57,591 nucleotides of DNA from a virus (taxonomy: Duplodnaviria; Caudoviricetes), in IMG/VR virus record IMGVR_UViG_3300012031_000015, positions 1 to 57,591 of that record. One strand, given 5' to 3'. The notes beneath the pieces were generated by a model that saw only the letters and a list, made by a program, of their open reading frames with translations, was not told the origin of the DNA and made no database searches. Positions within the stretch are counted from its first letter, which is position 1; every line of letters begins with the position of its first letter. The translations under genes and the position numbers were made by a program. Shown piece after piece: positions 16,785 to 25,273 of the stretch.

Positions 16785-17003
16785 CTAGTCCTCGTTCTCA
16801 CTTTCAACAGCGTCTAAATCTAGATAGTACACAATGGCATCATCTAGATGCGAATCCATACCCATTGCTTCTTTCAATACGTCATCAGCAATGCCTTGGT
16901 CAGCAAGTAAGTCAATGTACTTCTCGGCCGCTACTTCTAGTTGCTTCTTGTCAACGTATTGTTTAAACAGCATCCATACTTCGCTTACGTGCTCTTCATT
17001 CAT
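16785..17003 (-). CDS. small acidic hypothetical protein
   Basis: 72 aa, ATGA-coupled to uvsX-C. Confidence 0.65.
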   Translation of the reverse strand: MNEEHVSEVWMLFKQYVDKKQLEVAAEKYIDLLADQGIADDVLKEAMGMDSHLDDAIVYYLDLDAVESENED

Positions 17004-18265
17004 TCTTGATCTTGCTCCTCAATGTCGTCTTCAATTTCATCTACTTCATCGATATTTACCTTAGCAGGTTCTTTTGCTTTGCGTTTTGTAAAATCTTCCA
17101 TCAGCATATCCAGTTTCTCACCAACCCATTTTTTGCGGAATTCAAGATGCTCAACGCCGTTGCTATCGATGTACTTGAGTCGGTTGCCTGATTTTTCCAG
17201 CATACCTTTCTTCTCAAATAGTTCCACTAGCCCACTGTGAGGGTTCATTCCCGTTTCGTAGGGAATTTTGACCTGCACTCCTTCGAACGGTTTTGCGTAG
17301 CGCGTTTTCATTACCTTACAGCCAGCACGTATTCCCATTACTTCGGATATCTTGTTGCCGTCTTCGTCTTCTTTAAGCTTCATTTTCTTCATGGCAACTA
17401 CGATAGAGCTTGCGTAGATAAATCCTTGTCCGCCACTAATCTTATCATCCGGGTTGAAAATATCTTGACTGGCGTAAGAATGATTAGTGCATACTAACCC
17501 AACGTTATAGCTGCCAATCATGTTTACTGTGTTTCTAACAAGACTAGTAAGTGCCTTGGGCTTGCGACCCATATCACCTTTCATGTCACCTTTATTAAAC
17601 TGGTCTACGTCTGTTGGAGTTAGCAACATACCTAGACTGTCAATTACAAACAGCACCTTGGGCCTATCTCCGTCTGGCAATGCTTTGTAGTCGATCATAA
17701 ATGTTGAGATAGTCTTTGCAACGTCGTCGATCATACTCATGTTTAGCTTGAGCAGCTTGGTCGGACTAGTATCTACATCAAGAGCCTGTAGCCACTTTTC
17801 GTCAAGTGCGTTTTCACTGTCAACAAGTACAACAAAGATACCTTGTGCCTGTGCATCTTTGACAATATTACCTGCGCAAAAATAACTTTTACCCGAGTTA
17901 TGACTTACGATTCCGTCACCGTAATATCTATGATTCGGATGCATGACTTCAAAATCGTAACACTCTGCATCACTTGTATCTTCGACTAACATAACAGGCT
18001 GGATGCCTGCCGCAGTTTGTATATCTACTCCTACATCTAACTCACAGGCTTGTACCCATGTATTGTCAGCCAGTTGAATCATATGATTAAATGCACACAC
18101 TGTTTCGTAAGTGGCTGTGGCAACTCTAACCATAGACAATACACCTTTGTCAAACCATTTTCCAATAGGCTGATATCCGTCCGGTGTGTCAATCTCAATA
18201 GTATATTCGCCGCTGAGATATAGCTCTCTAAGCTCTTGTACTGTTACTTGCTTTTCTTCAATCAT
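17000..18265 (-). CDS. uvsX: UvsX/RecA recombinase, C-terminal part fused to a split-intein IntC
   Basis: 123-aa IntC ending GIVSHN, then SGKSYF, DSENALD, VIDSLG, KGDMGRK, SGGQG, KTR. Confidence 0.92.
   Translation of the reverse strand: MIEEKQVTVQELRELYLSGEYTIEIDTPDGYQPIGKWFDKGVLSMVRVATATYETVCAFNHMIQLADNTWVQACELDVGVDIQTAAGIQPVMLVEDTSDAECYDFEVMHPNHRYYGDGIVSHNSGKSYFCAGNIVKDAQAQGIFVVLVDSENALDEKWLQALDVDTSPTKLLKLNMSMIDDVAKTISTFMIDYKALPDGDRPKVLFVIDSLGMLLTPTDVDQFNKGDMKGDMGRKPKALTSLVRNTVNMIGSYNVGLVCTNHSYASQDIFNPDDKISGGQGFIYASSIVVAMKKMKLKEDEDGNKISEVMGIRAGCKVMKTRYAKPFEGVQVKIPYETGMNPHSGLVELFEKKGMLEKSGNRLKYIDSNGVEHLEFRKKWVGEKLDMLMEDFTKRKAKEPAKVNIDEVDEIEDDIEEQDQE
17897..18265 (-). mobile_element. split intein IntC (123 aa) of UvsX
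   Basis: Block B VCAFNHMI, block F CYDFEV, block G YGDGIVSHN/S. Confidence 0.92.
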
Positions 18266-18323
18266 CTTTTATTTCCTTTATAATAGAATTAACACATTCT
18301 ACTAGGTTTGCGAGAGTATACAG

Positions 18324-18566
18324 CTAGCCTTTTTTTGTTAATCGAACCTGTACTACTGCTTCTTTTGGCAAGCAGCCGCTTTCGCCAGCAAACACTGTTA
18401 CTTTGCCTAGTGGTACTCCTCGGTGAAAGTCTCCACTGATTAGATAGTTCAGGGCATAGCTGCCAGTAGAGACCCAGTCAGTAGGATCGTTAAATCCAGT
18501 ACTCATACCGGTTATTGCTTTTGTGATGTCTTTTCTAAATTTTGTTGGGTCGAAAGATTTAGCCAT
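18324..18566 (-). CDS. uvsX: UvsX/RecA N-terminal part fused to a 16-aa split-intein IntN
   Basis: WVSTGSYALNYLISG..GVPLGKVTVFAGESG, then CLPKEAVVQVRLTKKG*; splicing restores Walker A GESGSGKS. Confidence 0.92.
   Translation of the reverse strand: MAKSFDPTKFRKDITKAITGMSTGFNDPTDWVSTGSYALNYLISGDFHRGVPLGKVTVFAGESGCLPKEAVVQVRLTKKG
18327..18374 (-). mobile_element. ultra-short split intein IntN (16 aa)
   Basis: Block A CLPKEAVV followed by a stop after 16 residues. Confidence 0.9.
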
Positions 18567-18593
18567 TAATGACTCCTGTGCTAGTTAATAATA

Positions 18594-18616
18594 CTAGGGG
18601 GAAGGACTCCCCCTAG
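18594..18616 (-). terminator. stem-loop between gp32 and uvsX
   Basis: CTAGGGGGA-N5-TCCCCCTAG. Confidence 0.55.
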
Positions 18617-18625
18617 GCATTCTTA

Positions 18626-19633
18626 TTACTGACTTTGACGTGAACGGATCATTGACAGTATATCCTGGGCACTACCGCCTCCTTCAGATTTAGTCGCTGT
18701 CTTTGCTTCCTTGGCATTGTCGTTCCAAGGTAGAGTTGCTTCGTCTTCAGCTAGAGTGCTTTCAGTTTTAGCTGCTGGCTTGCTAGTATTTACTGCTGAC
18801 TTATCTGCACCGTCTGGGCCCTTGTTGGGATCACCAGTCTTTGCACTGACGCCTGCTGGACGGAAGTACTGGCTCCAACGGTCTGCATCGTATGCTTCGC
18901 CATCTACGCTTGCTTCAAACATTTCCTTGATAACTTGTACTGCTACGTCATCAGGCTCTTTTGGTAAGAAGTCGCTGAGGTCAAACAAGCCATGCTCGTC
19001 AACTGCTTTCTGCTCTGCGTCACTAAGTGGACGATCGCGTCTTGCCCAGTTAGATGAAGAGTAATCAGCAAAGCCGCCTTTACTAGTCTTGTTAAGTCGG
19101 AAATCAATGCCGGCTGTATAATCAGTTGGCAGTTCTTCCATATCAGGATCCATAAGAGCCTGCTTGATAATCTGGAAGATCTGTGGTCCGATAACGAACC
19201 GTCGAATCGGATTTTCAGGTGGGGTTTCTTCTTTTAATGGGGTATCAGTAACAAAGCCCTGGAAAATATAAGAACGCTTTTTCCAGTATTTACGGCCCAT
19301 GTCTTCTAATGCTGGATCTTTGAACCAACCACGCACTTCTGCAAGTACAGGGCAAGTTTTGCCATACATTTCCATGCAGGGTACTTGCACTTGTACAGGA
19401 CGTGAATCAGTATCACCTTTGATCCCTGCGAATGGCAGTTTGATCATGAGACGTTCGGCCCAGAAGAATGTGTTTTCGGTATTACCATCAGGTAAAAAAC
19501 GAAAAACTGTAGTTTCGCCTTCTTTGATGTTCCAGAATGGAAAAATAGCATTATCACCGTATGATTGGGTGTTGCCGCCTTTGTTTGCTTCTTGATCTTT
19601 GAGTTTTGCTCGTATTTCTTTTAGTGTAGCCAT
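18626..19633 (-). CDS. gp32: single-stranded DNA-binding protein (T4 gp32-like)
   Basis: FRFLP, CPV, YWKKRSY, GIDFRL..GGFADYSSS; low-complexity C-tail. Confidence 0.85.
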   Translation of the reverse strand: MATLKEIRAKLKDQEANKGGNTQSYGDNAIFPFWNIKEGETTVFRFLPDGNTENTFFWAERLMIKLPFAGIKGDTDSRPVQVQVPCMEMYGKTCPVLAEVRGWFKDPALEDMGRKYWKKRSYIFQGFVTDTPLKEETPPENPIRRFVIGPQIFQIIKQALMDPDMEELPTDYTAGIDFRLNKTSKGGFADYSSSNWARRDRPLSDAEQKAVDEHGLFDLSDFLPKEPDDVAVQVIKEMFEASVDGEAYDADRWSQYFRPAGVSAKTGDPNKGPDGADKSAVNTSKPAAKTESTLAEDEATLPWNDNAKEAKTATKSEGGGSAQDILSMIRSRQSQ

Positions 19634-19715
19634 AGTGTAATTGCCTCTAAGTGTTGCCTATGCTTTAGTTGCAGCTCTTAACTGCTTGTGCCTTTAATTG
19701 TGTAGCACATGTTAC

Positions 19716-19744
19716 ATACTACACAAGTTTATTTATCCTGTCAA
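19716..19744 (-). promoter_or_regulatory. gp32 promoter (sigma70 with embedded TAAATA late motif)
   Basis: TTGACA-GGATAAATAAACTTGTG-TAGTAT. Confidence 0.7.
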
Positions 19745-19781
19745 CTGTTTTTTTCTTTAAAAATGAACGACTTAGCCGATC

Positions 19782-21230
19782 TTATACGCCTGCTAAGTTT
19801 CTCATGCGCTCGAATTCGTATTGTTCTTCGTCACGCACCATTGTATCAGATGTACCACGAAATTGTTCGTATACCTGTCCTACACGCTCAATAAACTGTT
19901 TGGCAGGATTAATGTATTGGTCTCCGTACTCTTTTTCAACCATAGTCAATACGGCCGTTTCTCCTTTGGGGAATGTACCTGTCTCTCTATCGTAATAACT
20001 GAGTACAAATTCACTAATAGGAGTTTGTGCTTCTGCTGCGTTTGTTTCGTCAGCTTGGTCTTCATCACCGTTGTCTTCAGCAGTATAACCTTCGTCGGCC
20101 CACTGCCCTGCTAGTTCGTTAAAGATTGATTCGATCTGAGACTCTTCTGGTACGCAGTTTGGAACTTTCTTTCCGCCTTTGTCTTTCATACCTACTTGCT
20201 TGTAGTTTTTCCAGCACGGATCGTCTGATTCGCTCACAAAGTCGTCCGGTCCCATTTGTTTAGTCTTGGTCTTTTCTGATACAAGATTATATATGTAAGG
20301 GAATACGTCTTTAAGTTCTTCGTTAAACTGTTTAATAGTCAGTTCGTCAATCCAGTTATCTTGTACATGATCCGGTACGTCTTCCATAACTGGGACTACA
20401 AATGTTTCAAATGCTTCTTTATAGTAATTGGTCTTTTGCAATTGTTCTAGTGTCTTTTTAACAGTAGTTAGTCGTTCTTTAACGATGTCCATATAGCCTG
20501 CTAAACTTTCTGCCATAACAGAATTGCGTCCCATGTGAGTCTTAAACTTGCGCAATTTTGCTATCTCTTCAGATAAGCCGGTGATATGACTGCCGAATTC
20601 GTCGAACGGTTTACCACCTTCTGACACATGACGAGCCATTGCTCGAGCTCCACTTAGATGATTAAACGGATATCTAAATCGTTCGCCTTGGTCATTTTCA
20701 ATATAGATCGATCCTACTTTTGTCGAACGAGCACTTGACTTTTCTTGATCTATACTTTCTGTATGCTTGATCACAAGCCTGGCATTGTCTACGTTTTGAT
20801 AACTCATTTTATGAGTGCCGTATAATTTTGATTCTGTCATTTGATCGTCCCCGGGCCGATTAGTAGCTAAAAATTTGTAATCTCTTTTATCTAAATTAGA
20901 CTTACTTATGTCACGTATACTAAAGCCCATCATACGCTTTTTACTGAATACACGTAATTCTTTAAGAAAGCTGTACCAGTGTTTTTGTGTTATACTGTCT
21001 TGGCCTTGCATAAAGTCCTTAGAAAAGATAACGGATAACCCTCGATCCTCGTCGATGCTAACACTAACTTTCCCTAGCTTAACTTCGCCTTCTTTAAACT
21101 CAAAGTCGAAGAACCGAGCGGCTTCCGGCTCGTTAGTAACATTTCCTTCTTGGTCACCTATGGTAACATTAGGAAATCTTCCTCTAATTTTGTTAAAAAG
21201 GTCTTCACCTATCCTATTAAATTCGTTCAT
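19782..21230 (-). CDS. hypothetical late/virion protein
   Basis: TAAATA 4 nt upstream; contains DPCWKNYKQVGMKDKGGKKVPNCVP; ends RNLAGV, like the scaffold protein's RRLAGL. Confidence 0.7.
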   Translation of the reverse strand: MNEFNRIGEDLFNKIRGRFPNVTIGDQEGNVTNEPEAARFFDFEFKEGEVKLGKVSVSIDEDRGLSVIFSKDFMQGQDSITQKHWYSFLKELRVFSKKRMMGFSIRDISKSNLDKRDYKFLATNRPGDDQMTESKLYGTHKMSYQNVDNARLVIKHTESIDQEKSSARSTKVGSIYIENDQGERFRYPFNHLSGARAMARHVSEGGKPFDEFGSHITGLSEEIAKLRKFKTHMGRNSVMAESLAGYMDIVKERLTTVKKTLEQLQKTNYYKEAFETFVVPVMEDVPDHVQDNWIDELTIKQFNEELKDVFPYIYNLVSEKTKTKQMGPDDFVSESDDPCWKNYKQVGMKDKGGKKVPNCVPEESQIESIFNELAGQWADEGYTAEDNGDEDQADETNAAEAQTPISEFVLSYYDRETGTFPKGETAVLTMVEKEYGDQYINPAKQFIERVGQVYEQFRGTSDTMVRDEEQYEFERMRNLAGV

Positions 21231-21240
21231 ATTGTATTTA

Positions 21241-22338
21241 TCAATAGCTAGAGCTTATGAATATGGGCATAGGTGCTTCGTAATCTTCAACATGCCCTGC
21301 TTGGCTAAAAGAGTTATATATCCTAGGATCCCAGTCTTTAAGCACGGTGATCATTCTTAGTGCTAGTAGTGTTGCACTGATTAAATCGTCACCGCGTCCT
21401 GACTTTGCTTGATAACTTGAACCTGTTGCAATATACTGTTTAAGTTCGGATATCATAGGCTTACTGTTTATTATTAGCTTGTCGTTTTCTATCATGCTCT
21501 TGAGGCGACTGCATGCACTTACTTTAGTACTGTGTGTTGTGTTAAATCCCTTGCGGAATTTGCGCACGTGGCCTTTTCTAATTGGCTCGCTTACAAATAG
21601 TCCAGGTATGTTTTCCTCGCCAAAGTCACTAATAACAATTAATGCGGCCTCACCAATACCGTTGTTTTCTACGCTCCAGTATATACCTGTTGGATTGTTC
21701 GTGTGCTCTACCAAATACTTACAAATATCAGACATAATTCTTATCTGGCCAGGAATTGAAGTTTCGTTATGATTCCATTCTGCTACTTGTTCGTAGCTAG
21801 GCAGTTCAAACACTTGAATAGCAGCATTGTCGCCACCTGTGCCCATGCTAGGATCAAGCGCCACTGCGTAGGTGTATTGTGAAGTTGGCTTTTTATACCA
21901 GCGTGTTTGGCCCATGTTAAGTATAGGAGCTTTGCCTTCCATAACTGCTAGTTTTAAGCTGTTAATAAGAGTCTCATCAAATACCAAAAATTCGCAATTT
22001 GAGCTGAGTATTTTGTTTGTGTAATATCGGTGACCGCCTTCAACTTGTATAAGATCATAAACAGGTTCTGAATAACCCAATTCTATTTTGTTAAGTAATT
22101 TTATATCACCCTCAGAAGTAACCACAGTGGTTCCTACTGCAATGTCTTGGGCAGGCTTACAAGTTTCTAGGTCTATGTAAAATTTATGATCGTATGTACA
22201 TTCGACATATGCGCCGCGCTCGAACTCTAGCCGAAGCAACGGTTTTATTCCCATCATGCTAACACCAGCAAAGTCTTGAAACCCCGCTGGTGTTAGCACC
22301 TTATATCCATTAGTATTCTCTTTAAAAATCTTGCTCAT
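21241..22338 (-). CDS. gp17: large terminase, C-terminal nuclease part fused to a split-intein IntC
   Basis: 114-aa IntC ending YTNKILSSN, then CEFL; RNase H-like ALDPSMGTGGDNAA, SVENNGIG, GDDLISA. Confidence 0.92.
   Translation of the reverse strand: MSKIFKENTNGYKVLTPAGFQDFAGVSMMGIKPLLRLEFERGAYVECTYDHKFYIDLETCKPAQDIAVGTTVVTSEGDIKLLNKIELGYSEPVYDLIQVEGGHRYYTNKILSSNCEFLVFDETLINSLKLAVMEGKAPILNMGQTRWYKKPTSQYTYAVALDPSMGTGGDNAAIQVFELPSYEQVAEWNHNETSIPGQIRIMSDICKYLVEHTNNPTGIYWSVENNGIGEAALIVISDFGEENIPGLFVSEPIRKGHVRKFRKGFNTTHSTKVSACSRLKSMIENDKLIINSKPMISELKQYIATGSSYQAKSGRGDDLISATLLALRMITVLKDWDPRIYNSFSQAGHVEDYEAPMPIFISSSY
21997..22338 (-). mobile_element. split intein IntC (114 aa) of TerL
   Basis: KVLTPAGFQDF, block B ECTYDHKF, block F VYDLIQV, end SSN/C. 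Confidence 0.9.
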
Positions 22339-23365
22339 TTAATATCCTATACGAATATTTATTCTCAAATATCCAAACTTCGTAGTTGTAACCCTTGTCT
22401 ATAACAGCTTGGCGTTTTTTAAGGTTATTAACTAATCTATTCTTATACTTTTCCTTGCCATGACCGTCCCACCACCATTGGCTCTTTACTTCAATAATTT
22501 TATTTTCTTTAGGAATATAGATGTCCGGGTAATATTTTAGGTGATGCCTATTTTCAGCTATGTACTCAAATACCTCTATGGCATAGTTTGAATAGTCGTC
22601 GTGCATAATCACGTCATCTTCACTATATTTCAGCTGGTTAAATAATATATCTAAAGCAAGCGGCTCATGGCCGCGTACACCCACAATCTTACCGCTTGGC
22701 ATCTTATAGTCTTTTATTGTGCAGTTGCCTTTATTGGTCTTGCTGGCAGTTGATTTGGTCATCAACACCTGCTCGACTCCGTATCTTTCTAGATTAGTTG
22801 CTCTTCTAAGCGCATTAATTTTATTTTTTTCTTCAACTGACTTGGTTAGGTTAGTTATACTAATCATTTTACTATTGTTGTACTTTTCGTCGCCGTATCT
22901 CGATAGTTTAGTTTGTCTTGACTTTTCCTTTTGACTGTCTAATTCGGAACCCCACGCAACTCCGTATCTCTTTTTAAATGTAGCCTGTGATTTGTTAAGC
23001 TGTTTTTGTTTTTGGTCAGCTGTTCGAATTGCGGCTGCTGCTTTCTTGTGTAGCGAATCAGTTTGTCGTTCTTGCTCAGTCCACTGCTGTTTTGCTTGAG
23101 ATATGGTCTTGCCTCGACAGGCAGGAGTGCCACAGCTTTTTGCATAAGTTTCTGAGCTCGGATAAAATGCTAAACCAGCTCCGCACGCACACTCAGGGCT
23201 AGTCTTGGTAATATATTTTTCGTAGTAATCTTGATAGGTCATCTGGTTAGTTCTTAAATGCCTACCAAACTGCCCATTTGATTTGCAGTATTTGACATTG
23301 TCTATTTTTGATTCTATATAAATTGCAGTGCTCACAGTATTCTCCGTTAAACTGTTGTTGTGCAA
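22322..23365 (-). CDS. free-standing putative homing endonuclease (PD-(D/E)XK type) between the split TerL halves
   Basis: Cys cluster (CACG..CGTPAC), RYG repeats, C-terminal YYPDIYIPKENKIIEVKS..GYNYEVWIF; abuts or overlaps both TerL genes. Confidence 0.75.
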   Translation of the reverse strand: MHNNSLTENTVSTAIYIESKIDNVKYCKSNGQFGRHLRTNQMTYQDYYEKYITKTSPECACGAGLAFYPSSETYAKSCGTPACRGKTISQAKQQWTEQERQTDSLHKKAAAAIRTADQKQKQLNKSQATFKKRYGVAWGSELDSQKEKSRQTKLSRYGDEKYNNSKMISITNLTKSVEEKNKINALRRATNLERYGVEQVLMTKSTASKTNKGNCTIKDYKMPSGKIVGVRGHEPLALDILFNQLKYSEDDVIMHDDYSNYAIEVFEYIAENRHHLKYYPDIYIPKENKIIEVKSQWWWDGHGKEKYKNRLVNNLKKRQAVIDKGYNYEVWIFENKYSYRILNEQDF

Positions 23366-25270
23366 TTATTTATCTATAGTGTTGAACAAGTCGCCTATTT
23401 GTGAGTCAAATATATTACCGTGTGTGTCTTGGAGAGTAATGATTGTAGATGCGCTCACACAACCGTACTCCCTTCTGAATTTTTCAACCCCGATGCGACC
23501 TGTTTCAGCAAGTCGCCACGCTTCGTCTCTATCTGGATGTTCGTCCCATTTAGCAGTAAAACTATGAAATCCGTTGATACCTACTTCCCGTTCGTTACCG
23601 TGGTCATCAAACTTTTGTTCTGCTTGCTTCCAAATTGTAGCAAAAGTATCCTCATCTGAGTTTGGCGTGCTTGTGATAATTGATCTACCACCCGTTGCTA
23701 GAGTAGGAGAGATTGACGTCCAAAATTCTTCAGCAATGTTAGGAGCAACAAATGAGAATTCGTCGGCGTAAAGTAACGAAATACTCATGCCTCGGCCGGT
23801 ATTTCCTGTAGTAGTTTGAGATACGATTCTACTACCATTTTCGAATTCAATACTGCCTTTATTATATGAAGTAACGCCTGCTCTAACGTAATCCGGACAC
23901 ATCTCGTATACATATCTCACCCGTGCCATAATTTCCTGGGCACCAGTGTACTTGTGAGCAGCTATAAGAATAGTTTGATCAGGCTTAAACATAGCGTACC
24001 ATGTTAAGTAGATGGCGGCGCAGGTGGTATTGTGCGTGGGAATCATCGACTTACCACATAAGAATAAATGATCGTCATTGTCTACTTGAATGCATCTCAC
24101 AGGAACTGACTGTGTTTCGGTTATTCTCTTTATATAGTGTCGAGTATTTTTTTGATGGCCTTTACACTTTTGTTGAAATTTTGCTTTTCTACTAAGTTTA
24201 AACACAGTGTGTGCAGTGGTTGCAAATCCAATAGTGTAATACTTTTGATCCTCTATGACTTTATAGCTGCACCTATTTTTAATTCCTAAAGACGACAGTA
24301 GTTCCTGCACCTGGACAATTAAATTCTTGTTCTTTTGATAAAACTCACATCTTCCGCTGCGTTTATCTACTGATCCGTCAGAATCCATTAGTCCTTGAAT
24401 TAACTCAACTCGTTGATTAACAGATGCTCTCATATAAATTTCGGGAATATGCTTATTTTTTAATAAATTATTCTTGTTTAGTTTTCCGCGCAATCCGTAA
24501 ATTGTTCTATTTTCGCTAACCACGCTAGTGCCGTTTGTATAAGACTTAGATATTTCAAAACCTCGGCTTACTATTTCTGGAATAATTTCTTTGTTATCAT
24601 CAATGCATTGGGTATATCTAGCTCCTGCACTTTCGCCGTCTCCTAGCCAAAAGCCTAATACATACGGGTCTACAGGCAGTTCTATTTCGTCAGTGGTAAT
24701 CTCTTTGGCAGCATCTATGTACACACATGTATTGTGAGATTCAACGTAGTCTTTTATTTCTTTAGTAGTAAGTGTCTTGCGGCCAGCTCTCCAAAAGCCA
24801 GTGTTAACACTCCACAAATGGTCCTCATCGGCAGTAATGACGTCGCCGTTATCAAATTCAACAGCATAACAGTTATGATTGTTCATTACTTCTGTGGCAA
24901 ATGTGACCTTAGTAGCGTTACCGTTAGCGTCGAGTATGTGATCTCCTACGCTAAGATCTCCCATAGTAGTCCATCCAGAGACAGTAGGAATAGGGGTATC
25001 AAGAGCTAGTGCCTTTCCCGTTTGGCGTGGCATCATGTTAATATTGAAACGATAGTTGTGGTAACTATGCATCAATCTTACTTGATATTCGTAGGGAGCA
25101 AACAGCAGCTTGCCTTTTACTGGGTGCTGTATATATGCAAAGTGCTCAGCAAAGTACATGTACCCATTGTCAGGATCCATACACTTTACAAGGTGTTGAA
25201 TCTGCTCTTCGGTATATGTATCTTTTGTATGAGCCTTTTTGGTTAGGACTCCGTCAAGCGATTTAGACAT
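23366..25270 (-). CDS. gp17: large terminase, N-terminal ATPase part with a cis intein and a C-terminal split IntN
   Basis: PYEYQ, RQTGK[intein]TT, LLYADEF, ITSTPN, FRREYG, then CVSAST..K*. Confidence 0.93.
   Translation of the reverse strand: MSKSLDGVLTKKAHTKDTYTEEQIQHLVKCMDPDNGYMYFAEHFAYIQHPVKGKLLFAPYEYQVRLMHSYHNYRFNINMMPRQTGKALALDTPIPTVSGWTTMGDLSVGDHILDANGNATKVTFATEVMNNHNCYAVEFDNGDVITADEDHLWSVNTGFWRAGRKTLTTKEIKDYVESHNTCVYIDAAKEITTDEIELPVDPYVLGFWLGDGESAGARYTQCIDDNKEIIPEIVSRGFEISKSYTNGTSVVSENRTIYGLRGKLNKNNLLKNKHIPEIYMRASVNQRVELIQGLMDSDGSVDKRSGRCEFYQKNKNLIVQVQELLSSLGIKNRCSYKVIEDQKYYTIGFATTAHTVFKLSRKAKFQQKCKGHQKNTRHYIKRITETQSVPVRCIQVDNDDHLFLCGKSMIPTHNTTCAAIYLTWYAMFKPDQTILIAAHKYTGAQEIMARVRYVYEMCPDYVRAGVTSYNKGSIEFENGSRIVSQTTTGNTGRGMSISLLYADEFSFVAPNIAEEFWTSISPTLATGGRSIITSTPNSDEDTFATIWKQAEQKFDDHGNEREVGINGFHSFTAKWDEHPDRDEAWRLAETGRIGVEKFRREYGCVSASTIITLQDTHGNIFDSQIGDLFNTIDK
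23369..23461 (-). mobile_element. split intein IntN (31 aa) of TerL
   Basis: CVSASTIITLQDTHGNIFDSQIGDLFNTIDK*: block A plus the IxDL motif. Confidence 0.88.
24029..25012 (-). mobile_element. 328-aa class 3 intein with LAGLIDADG homing endonuclease in the TerL Walker A
   Basis: Ala1 (ALALDTPIPT); WCT triad (DHLW, VRCIQV, PTHN/T); LGFWLGDG and LIQGLMDSDG. Confidence 0.9.
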
Positions 25271-25273
25271 TTA

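Noticed and set aside
18258-18326. TAG read-through or stop-codon reassignment joining the UvsX halves
   Set aside because: Read-through stays out of frame with IntC and stops at TGA; core genes are intact under the standard code and several end in TAG
22322-23365. Group I intron carrying the endonuclease
   Set aside because: No non-coding sequence is available for a ribozyme core, because the ORF abuts or overlaps both flanking genes; the intein halves explain the split
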